In this document: one piece after another, positions 57,474 through 64,000 of the stretch | Layout of the letters: every line of letters begins with the position of its first letter | Position numbering within the stretch: the stretch's first letter is position 1 | NCBI GenBank assembly: GCA_038252405.1 | Contig: JBBSAJ010000010.1 | Span: 16,909-80,908, forward strand | Length of the DNA: 64,000 bases | Direction of reading: 5' to 3' | DNA from: Actinomycetes bacterium | GTDB lineage: Bacteria; Actinomycetota; Actinomycetes; Prado026 | Notes under the pieces: model-generated | The model's database searches: none | What the model saw: only the letters and a program-made list of their open reading frames with translations | What the model was told of the DNA's origin: nothing | Program-made: the position numbers and the translations under genes

Positions 57474-58690
57474 GCCGGCTCCTCCGTCGTCCCGTCGGTC
57501 AGGCCGAACCACCGGGCCGCGGTGTCGACGTCCTTGTCGCCGCGCCCGGACAGGTTGACCAGGACGACGGCCTCAGGGCCGAGAGCGCGACCGACCCGCA
57601 GCGCCCCGGCCACCGCATGGGCGCTCTCGATCGCCGGGATGATGCCCTCGGTGCGGCTGAGCAGCGCGAAGGCGTCCATGGCCTCGGTGTCGGTGACCGG
57701 CTCGTAGGTGGCCCGGCCGGTGTCGTGCAGCCAGGCGTGCTGCGGGCCGACCCCCGGGTAGTCCAGCCCGGCCGAGATCGAGTGCGAGGGCACCGTCTGG
57801 CCCATCTCGTCCTGCAGGATGTAGGTCCGGGTGCCGTGCAGCACGCCCGGCGACCCGCCGGCCATCCGGGCCGCGTGCCGGCCGCTGTCCACGCCCTCGC
57901 CGCCCGCCTCGAAGCCGTACAGGCGCACCGACGGGTCGTCGAGGAACGCGGTGAAGATGCCCATGGCGTTCGAGCCGCCGCCGACGCAGGCAGCCACGGC
58001 GGTCGGCAGCGCGCCGGTGAGCTCGAGCACCTGCCGGCGGGCCTCGTCGCCGATCACCCGCTGGAAGTCGCGCACCATGGCCGGGAACGGGTGTGGCCCG
58101 GTGACCGTGCCCAGCAGGTAGTGGGTGCGGTCGACGTTGGTGACCCAGTCGCGCATCGCCTCGTTGATGGCGTCCTTGAGGGTCCGGCTGCCCGCGGTCA
58201 CGGGTACCACCTCGGCGCCCAGCAGCCGCATCCGGACCACGTTGAGCGCCTGCCGGCGGGTGTCCTCCTCGCCCATGTACACCACGCACTCGAGACCGAG
58301 CAGGGCCGCGGCGGTGGCCGTGGCCACGCCGTGCTGGCCGGCACCGGTCTCGGCGATCACCCGGGGCTTGCCCATCCGCCGGGTCAGCAGCGCCTGCCCC
58401 AACGCATTGTTGATCTTGTGTGAGCCGGTGTGGTTCAGGTCCTCGCGCTTGAGCAGGATCCGGGCCCCACCCGCGTGCTCGGCCAGCCGGGTGGCCTCGG
58501 TGAGGATGCTCGGCCGGCCGGTGTAGGTGCGCTGCAGGTGGTCCAGCTCGGCCGCGAACGCCGGGTCGGCCTGGGCCGAGCGGTAGGCGGCGTCCAGCTC
58601 GTCGAGCGCCGCGACGAGCGCCTCGGGGACGAACCGGCCGCCGTACGGGCCGAAGTGCCCGGTGGCGTCCGGCTGCGCGGTCGCGGTCAC
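57470..58690 (-). CDS. trpB: tryptophan synthase beta chain
   Basis: PLP lysine motif (HTGSHKINN). The GTG at 58690 overlaps the trpC TGA. Confidence 0.95.
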   Translation of the reverse strand: MTATAQPDATGHFGPYGGRFVPEALVAALDELDAAYRSAQADPAFAAELDHLQRTYTGRPSILTEATRLAEHAGGARILLKREDLNHTGSHKINNALGQALLTRRMGKPRVIAETGAGQHGVATATAAALLGLECVVYMGEEDTRRQALNVVRMRLLGAEVVPVTAGSRTLKDAINEAMRDWVTNVDRTHYLLGTVTGPHPFPAMVRDFQRVIGDEARRQVLELTGALPTAVAACVGGGSNAMGIFTAFLDDPSVRLYGFEAGGEGVDSGRHAARMAGGSPGVLHGTRTYILQDEMGQTVPSHSISAGLDYPGVGPQHAWLHDTGRATYEPVTDTEAMDAFALLSRTEGIIPAIESAHAVAGALRVGRALGPEAVVLVNLSGRGDKDVDTAARWFGLTDGTTEEPA

Positions 58691-59505
58691 TGCCCGCCCC
58701 GGCCGTGCCGCAGCGCCGGGTGCGAACCGGCCGTGACCAGCTCCACGACGGCCGTGCGCGGGTCGCCACCCGTGACCAGCGACTCCCCGACCAGGACGGC
58801 GTCCGCCCCGGCGCGCGCGTACTCGATCAGGTCGTGCGGGCCGCGCACCCCGGACTCGGCGACCCGCACCACGGAGTCCGGGACCGTCGGGGCCAGCCGG
58901 GTGAACAGGGTGCGGTCCACCTCGAGGGTCCGCAGGTCGCGGGCGTTGATCCCCACGATGCGCGCGCCGGCGTCGACCGCGCGGGCGACCTCCTCCGCGT
59001 CGTGGCACTCGACGAGGGGGGTGAGGCCGATCGAGACGGCCCGCTCGACGAGCGACACCAGCGCCGGCTGCTCCAGCGCCGAGACGATCAGCAGCACCAG
59101 GTCGGCGCCGTGCGCCCGCGCCTCCCACAGCTGGTAGCTGGACACGATGAAGTCCTTGCGCAGCACCGGGATGTCCACGACGGCCCGGACGGCGTCCAGG
59201 TCGGCCAGGGTGCCGCCGAAGCGGCGCTGCTCGGTGAGCACGCTGACCACGGCCGCCCCCCCGGACTCGTAGTCCCGGGCCAGCGCCGCAGGGTCGCTGA
59301 TCGAGGCCAGCTCGCCCTTGGAGGGGCTGCGCCGCTTGACCTCGGCGATCACCGTGACGATGTCGTCGCGGCGCAGCGCCCGGACGCCGTCGCGGGCCGA
59401 CGGCAGGGCGCACGCCCGCTCCTTGAGCTCGTCGAGGGAGACGGCGGCCTGCCGCTCGGCCAGGTCGGCGCGCACCCCGAGGAGGATCTCGTCGAGCACG
59501 GTCAC
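58687..59505 (-). CDS. trpC: indole-3-glycerol phosphate synthase
   Basis: 272 aa, (beta/alpha)8 fold. Confidence 0.9.
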   Translation of the reverse strand: MTVLDEILLGVRADLAERQAAVSLDELKERACALPSARDGVRALRRDDIVTVIAEVKRRSPSKGELASISDPAALARDYESGGAAVVSVLTEQRRFGGTLADLDAVRAVVDIPVLRKDFIVSSYQLWEARAHGADLVLLIVSALEQPALVSLVERAVSIGLTPLVECHDAEEVARAVDAGARIVGINARDLRTLEVDRTLFTRLAPTVPDSVVRVAESGVRGPHDLIEYARAGADAVLVGESLVTGGDPRTAVVELVTAGSHPALRHGRGGQ

Positions 59506-59575
59506 GCGGTTGTTCCCCCGATCCGGTCAACCCGTTGGACCCGGCCCAGGGTAACCGGGCGCCGGAGGTCCTCCG

Positions 59576-60025
59576 TCAGCCGACCCCCGAGCCGAGGAAC
59601 GGCACGCCGGGGATGTTGCGGGCCACCCAGAAGACGAGCGCGAGGACGATCACGGCGCGCACCAGCCACGGGGGCGCCTCGCGCCGCGGCGCGGTGCCCG
59701 GCCGGGCCGCCCGGCGCAGCCACTGCAGCCAGGCGAAGGCCACGACCGGGACGGCCAGGACCACCAGGACGTTGCGGTCGAGCGCGGCGAGGACGTTGCC
59801 GTGGGCGAGGTCGTGGACCGCGCGCAGGCCGCCGCAGAACGGGCAGTCCAGGCCGGTCATGGCCCTGAACGGGCAGACCGGGAAGTGACCGGGTTGATTG
59901 GGGTCGACGGCGGCGAGCACACCCACCGCCGTGAGCGCTCCCCCGGCGACCGCCAGCGGTCCGACCAGCCGAGCGGCCAGGCCGCGTACGGCAGCCCGCT
60001 CGGTGTCGGCCGCCAGCGAGGTCAC
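59576..60025 (-). CDS. DUF2752-like membrane protein
   Basis: CPFCGGLRA motif. The GTG at 60025 overlaps the TGA of the HGxxPAAW gene. Confidence 0.55.
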   Translation of the reverse strand: MTSLAADTERAAVRGLAARLVGPLAVAGGALTAVGVLAAVDPNQPGHFPVCPFRAMTGLDCPFCGGLRAVHDLAHGNVLAALDRNVLVVLAVPVVAFAWLQWLRRAARPGTAPRREAPPWLVRAVIVLALVFWVARNIPGVPFLGSGVG

Positions 60026-60249
60026 TGCGGTCCGGCCGCCTTGGGGCCAGGGGCCGCGCCCAGACCCATCATCTGCATGACCTTGCCGGCCACGGCGCCG
60101 GCGATGATGACGACCACGCCGGCGACGAACAGCCACACCGACGCCACCAGCACGGCGATCGAGCCGATCAGGAAGCCGAGCGTCACCACGGTGACCGCGG
60201 TCCAGGCGGCGGGGGTCTTGCCGTGGTTGTCGTGGGGGTGGTCGGCCAT
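60022..60249 (-). CDS. HGxxPAAW-family small membrane protein
   Basis: MADHPHDNHGKTPAAW followed by 2 TM segments, 75 aa. ATG preceded by GAGGAG. Confidence 0.6.
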   Translation of the reverse strand: MADHPHDNHGKTPAAWTAVTVVTLGFLIGSIAVLVASVWLFVAGVVVIIAGAVAGKVMQMMGLGAAPGPKAAGPQ

Positions 60250-60278
60250 CGCCGGGGCTCCTCGAGGGTCGGGTGCGG

Positions 60279-60878
60279 TCATTCTGGCAGGTCGGCGCCC
60301 GCGGTGGGGTCCTCCCCCCGGTCCAGCGCGGCCCAGACGTCGGCCGATGAGCGGTTCGCCACGGACGGCTGCGGCCCGGACCCGGCCGGCGCGTCGTAGC
60401 GGGCCGACATCCCGGACCAGCGCGGGCCGCGCAGCGCGGTGGCCGCTCCGCTGACCAGCAGCAGCGCCCCGCCCACGACGGCCACCAGCCACCATGGCGT
60501 CGTCGTGGTGGCCGCGCTGGTCACCCGGGTGACCCCCAGCCGGCTGGCCAGCGGGCCCAGCACCGCGCTGGCGGCGTCCCGGCCCACCGCGACGGACGCG
60601 ACGACGATGCCGGCGCCAGCGGCGGCCAGCACCGCGCCCACGAGCCGCCGCAGCAGCCCGCGGGTCGACGGCACTGCCACGATCCCGGCCAGCCCCACCA
60701 GCGCGAGGGCGGACACGGCGGGGGCGAGCTCCCGCCCGGTCACCGCCACCGTGACCGCGGGCGCGCCGGGGTCGGCGGCGGTCGCCGTGGCCCAGGTGCG
60801 GCCCGCGGCCAGCAGGGCCAGCCCGGAGCCGACGGCCATCAGCACCAGGGCGGCGACGTACTCGCGGCGCGCGCTCAT
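60279..60878 (-). CDS. Trp biosynthesis-associated membrane protein (Rv1610-like)
   Basis: 199 aa, 4 TM segments. The ATG at 60878 overlaps the trpE stop (ATGA). Confidence 0.6.
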   Translation of the reverse strand: MSARREYVAALVLMAVGSGLALLAAGRTWATATAADPGAPAVTVAVTGRELAPAVSALALVGLAGIVAVPSTRGLLRRLVGAVLAAAGAGIVVASVAVGRDAASAVLGPLASRLGVTRVTSAATTTTPWWLVAVVGGALLLVSGAATALRGPRWSGMSARYDAPAGSGPQPSVANRSSADVWAALDRGEDPTAGADLPE

Positions 60879-62389
60879 CCGACCGGCCGGAAGGACCCGG
60901 CCACGGCGATCGCCCGCAGCACCGCGGCGGCCTTGTCCCGGCTCTCCCGCTCCTCCCGCTCGGGCACCGAGTCGGCGACGATCCCGCCCCCGGCCTGCAC
61001 GTAGGCCCGGCCGTCGCGCAGCAGCGCGGTGCGGATCGCGATGGCGGCGTCCAGGTCGCCGGCGAAGTCGAGGTAGCCCACGGCCCCGCCGTACAGGCCG
61101 CGCCGCGTCGGCTCCAGCTCCTCGATGATCTCCATGGCCCGCGGCTTGGGGGCCCCGCTCAGGGTCCCGGCCGGGAAGCAGGCCGTGAGCACGTCGAACC
61201 CGGTCCGGTCCGACCGGACCGTGCCGACCACGGACGACACGATGTGCATGACGTGGCTGTACCGCTCGACCGACATGAAGTCGACCACCTCGACGGTGCC
61301 CGGCGCGCAGACCCGGCCCAGGTCGTTGCGTCCCAGGTCGACGAGCATCAGGTGCTCGGCGCGCTCCTTCTCGTCGGCCAGCAGGTCGATGGCCAGCTGC
61401 GCGTCCTCCTCCGGCGTCGCCCCGCGCCAGCGGGTGCCGGCGATCGGGTGCAGCATGGCGCGGCCCTCGCGGCACTTCACCAGCGCCTCCGGGCTGGAGC
61501 CGACGACGTCGTAGCCGTCGAAGCGCAGCAGGTACATGTAGGGGCTGGGGTTGGTCACCCGCAGCACCCGGTACACGTCGAAGGCGCTCGCCGTGGTGTC
61601 CAGCTCGAACCGCTGGGAGACCACGACCTGGAACGCCTCGCCCGCCCGGATCTCCTCCTTGGCACGCTCCACGCTGGCCAGGAACCGGTCGCGCTCGGTG
61701 TTGCTGGTCGCCTCCGTGTGCGCCGTCCAGTCCAGGTCGACGGCCAGCGGCGGCGACGGCCGGGACAGGTCGACGGTCATCCGGTCCAGCCGGGCCACGG
61801 CGTCGGCCCACGCCTCGTCGACCCGCTCGTCGGTCGCGTCGTAGTTGACGGCGTTGGCGATGAGCAGCACCGAGCCGTCCTCGTGGTCGAGCACAGCCAG
61901 GTCGGTGGCGAACAGCATGGCCAGCTCGGGCAGCTGCAGGTCGTCCTTGGCCAGCTCGGGCAGCCGCTCGAGCCGGCGCACGACGTCGTAGCCGATGAAG
62001 CCGACCATGCCCCCAGTGAGTGGCGGCAGGTCGGGCAGCCGCGGGGTGTGCAGCAGGGCCAGTGTGTCCCTCAGCGCCGCGAGCGGGTCGCCCGCGGTGG
62101 GCACCCCGACCGGGGGCGTGCCGGTCCAGTGCGCCTGACCGTCCCGCTCGGTGAGGGTCGCCGCCGAGCGGACGCCGACGAAGGAGTACCGCGACCACAC
62201 CCGGCCGTGCTCGGCCGACTCCAGCAGGAAGGTGCCGGGGCGGCCCTGCGCCAACCGGTGGTACAGGCCCACCGGGGTGTCGCCGTCCGCGAGCAGCCGT
62301 CGGGTCACCGGGATCACCCGACGGTCAGCGGCCAGGCGGCGGAACTGCTCCAGATCCGGCGCGACACCGGCGGATGGCGGGATGGTCAT
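60875..62389 (-). CDS. trpE: anthranilate synthase component I
   Basis: ATG at 62389. Chorismate-binding C-domain (GAVGYLDF...). Confidence 0.9.
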   Translation of the reverse strand: MTIPPSAGVAPDLEQFRRLAADRRVIPVTRRLLADGDTPVGLYHRLAQGRPGTFLLESAEHGRVWSRYSFVGVRSAATLTERDGQAHWTGTPPVGVPTAGDPLAALRDTLALLHTPRLPDLPPLTGGMVGFIGYDVVRRLERLPELAKDDLQLPELAMLFATDLAVLDHEDGSVLLIANAVNYDATDERVDEAWADAVARLDRMTVDLSRPSPPLAVDLDWTAHTEATSNTERDRFLASVERAKEEIRAGEAFQVVVSQRFELDTTASAFDVYRVLRVTNPSPYMYLLRFDGYDVVGSSPEALVKCREGRAMLHPIAGTRWRGATPEEDAQLAIDLLADEKERAEHLMLVDLGRNDLGRVCAPGTVEVVDFMSVERYSHVMHIVSSVVGTVRSDRTGFDVLTACFPAGTLSGAPKPRAMEIIEELEPTRRGLYGGAVGYLDFAGDLDAAIAIRTALLRDGRAYVQAGGGIVADSVPEREERESRDKAAAVLRAIAVAGSFRPVG

Positions 62390-62490
62390 GCAGCCAAGTC
62401 TCCCGCACAAACAACCGCGTGGTGGCTACCGGTCCGCCCCGAAGATCGCTACGTTCAGTGCCGCATCGGACCCCGAGGGGATGAGGACCC

Positions 62491-63387
62491 ATGAGCGATC
62501 CGAACCTGCCACCACCCCCACCCGAAGAGCCGACGAGCCCGCCCGCTTATGAGGGCGCCCCGCCGTCTCCGCCACCCCCGCCACCCCCGCCGGCACCGCC
62601 GGCACCCCCGACCGGCGGGTATGGAGCCCCGCCCCCGCCGCCCCCGCCGGCAGCGGCCGCCTACGGCCAGCCGGCCGCAGCCGGGAGCGGCTCGTTCTCG
62701 GTCGGTGAGGCGTTCAACTGGGGCTGGGCCAAGTTCCAGCAGAATGCCGGCGTCATCATCATCGCGTCGTTGATCTACGTGGTCGCGATCGGTGTCGTGT
62801 ATCTCCTGTGGTTCCTGCTGGCACAGGGGCTTTTCATCTCCACCGCCACCATCACCGTCGACCAGACCACGCAGCAGATCACCACCTCCGGCGGCACTGG
62901 CTTCTTCATGTCGCTGCTGTTCAGCGCCCTGTCGGCAGGCATCTTCTTCGTGCTGTTCGCGTTCCTGCAGGCCGCGATCATCCGGGGCGCCCTGGCGATC
63001 GCGGACGGCAAGAAGCTCGACCTCGGGATGATGTTCAAGACCGACGACCTCGGGGTGGTCCTGGTGGCCGCGCTGATCGTGGGTGCGCTCAGCGTGGTCG
63101 GCGTCCTGGCCTGCTACGTCGGCACGATCGTCGTGTCGTTCTTCACCGCCTTCTACCTGTTCTTCGTCCTGGACAAGAAGCAGGGCGCCTGGGAGTCGGT
63201 GAAGTCCAGCTTCACCCTGGTCAGCAAGAACATCGGCAACGTCGTCGTGCTCATCATCGGCGTCTTCGTCGCCTACTTCATCGGCGCCATCTTGTGCGGC
63301 ATCGGCCTGATCGTCACCGCCCCGGTGGCACTGCTGGCCATGACGTACGGCTTCCGCCGGCTGCAGGGCGAGCCGATCGCCGCCTAA
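62491..63387 (+). CDS. membrane protein with proline-rich N-terminal region
   Basis: About 70 aa of PPPPP/AP repeats followed by 4-5 TM segments, 298 aa. Confidence 0.55.
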   Translation: MSDPNLPPPPPEEPTSPPAYEGAPPSPPPPPPPPAPPAPPTGGYGAPPPPPPPAAAAYGQPAAAGSGSFSVGEAFNWGWAKFQQNAGVIIIASLIYVVAIGVVYLLWFLLAQGLFISTATITVDQTTQQITTSGGTGFFMSLLFSALSAGIFFVLFAFLQAAIIRGALAIADGKKLDLGMMFKTDDLGVVLVAALIVGALSVVGVLACYVGTIVVSFFTAFYLFFVLDKKQGAWESVKSSFTLVSKNIGNVVVLIIGVFVAYFIGAILCGIGLIVTAPVALLAMTYGFRRLQGEPIAA

Positions 63388-63782
63388 CGGTGCGGCTCGC
63401 CGTCGCTCGCGGACGGCAACCGGCCCGCGTCGAAGCAGGTGCGGGTCCCGGTGTGGCAGGCGACGCCGTCCTGGTCCACCGTGACCAGGACGGCGTCGCC
63501 GTCGCAGTCCAGCCGTACCTCGCGGACCCACTGCACGTGGCCGGAGGTGTCGCCCTTGCGCCAGTACTCCTGTCGGCTGCGGCTCCAGTAGACGACCCGC
63601 CCGGTCGTGAGGGTCCGGTGCAGGGCCTCGTCGTCCATCCAGCCCACCATGAGCACCTCGCAGGTGTCCCACTGCTGGGCCACCGCCGCGATGAGCCCGT
63701 GCTCGTCGCGCTTGAGGCGCGCCGCGATCGCAGGGTCGAGCGAGGACGGGCGGGCGGCACCAGCAGCGGACATGGTGGTCAT
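63384..63782 (-). CDS. hisI: phosphoribosyl-AMP cyclohydrolase
   Basis: The start is uncertain (ATG at 63806, 63782 or 63773). Confidence 0.8.
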   Translation of the reverse strand: MTTMSAAGAARPSSLDPAIAARLKRDEHGLIAAVAQQWDTCEVLMVGWMDDEALHRTLTTGRVVYWSRSRQEYWRKGDTSGHVQWVREVRLDCDGDAVLVTVDQDGVACHTGTRTCFDAGRLPSASDGEPHR

Positions 63783-63835
63783 TGTCACCGATGGCTGGGC
63801 GCGCACGGATCGCCGATGCCTCCTAGCCTGGGGGC

Positions 63836-64000
63836 ATGACCTCCTTCGCCCAGTCCGAACGCGCCGCCTTGTCCGACCTGCTCCTCGAGGTCGGACCCGA
63901 CGCCCCCACCCTGTGCGAGGGATGGGCCGCCCGTGACCTCGCCGCGCACCTGGTGGTGCGCGAGCGGCGGCCGGACGCCGCTGCTGGGATCGTGCTCAAG
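63836..64000 (+). CDS. maleylpyruvate isomerase-like N-terminal domain protein (TIGR03085-like), 5' part only
   Basis: [39 protein letters not shown], truncated by the window end. Confidence 0.4.
   Translation, partial: MTSFAQSERAALSDLLLEVGPDAPTLCEGWAARDLAAHLVVRERRPDAAAGIVLK

Noticed and set aside
62390-62490. trp leader peptide / attenuator upstream of trpE
   Set aside because: No short ORF with tandem TGG codons was found on the minus strand. The region is only 100 nt and is shared with a divergent gene.

Overview
This is high-GC (roughly 70-75%) actinobacterial chromosomal DNA, and almost all of it is a conserved housekeeping core. The gene order closely follows the Mycobacterium Rv1379-Rv1416 and Rv1606-Rv1644 blocks and the Streptomyces bldD-pyrR neighbourhood. 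I found no CRISPR array, transposase, phage gene, toxin-antitoxin pair or recognisable defence cassette, so I cannot point to a convincingly novel system here. Most candidates below are regulatory or structural details rather than a new system.

Gene content, reading left to right:
- infC-rpmI-rplT-trmH ribosomal cluster (infC starts with ATC and a strong SD), a DUF1844 gene, aqpZ, an SseB-like gene and a CynX-type MFS transporter.
- A CoxD (MoxR AAA) - CoxE (VWA) - XdhC - MocA-like molybdoenzyme maturation cassette with no structural Mo-enzyme genes in the window.
- An SDR, then an OmpR-type response regulator and HAMP histidine kinase, followed by a secreted tandem-PepSY protein, an OafA-like acyltransferase, a quinone oxidoreductase and an amidase_3.
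- A hisG-hisE-ribH-ribBA-ribE-ribD string with an FMN riboswitch in front of ribD, then rpe.
- A GGDEF diguanylate cyclase encoded antisense to the conserved rsmB-fmt-def-(HAD)-priA-metK-coaBC-rpoZ-gmk-mihF block.
- A ten-gene, fully overlapped pyrR-pyrB-pyrC-(membrane)-carA-carB-pyrK-pyrD-pyrF operon with a PyrR-binding leader hairpin.
- A divergent bldD homologue with both c-di-GMP-binding motifs, then pyk, gltBD, a VIT transporter and lgt.
- A DsbA-MauE-SCO copper/thiol cluster preceded by a 110-bp compound palindrome.
- The trp operon (trpA, trpB, trpC, three small membrane proteins, trpE), a Pro-rich membrane protein, hisI and a partial TIGR03085-like gene.

The signals most worth a second look are:
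- 11-bp-phased direct repeats between the kinase stop codon and the PepSY gene.
- A near-identical tandem PepSY duplication.
- The orphan CoxD-CoxE-XdhC-MocA cassette.
- The compound palindrome upstream of the SCO cluster.
- The bldD homologue together with a GGEEL-type cyclase.
- A PriA without a Walker A box.
- Pervasive GTGA/ATGA start-stop overlaps.
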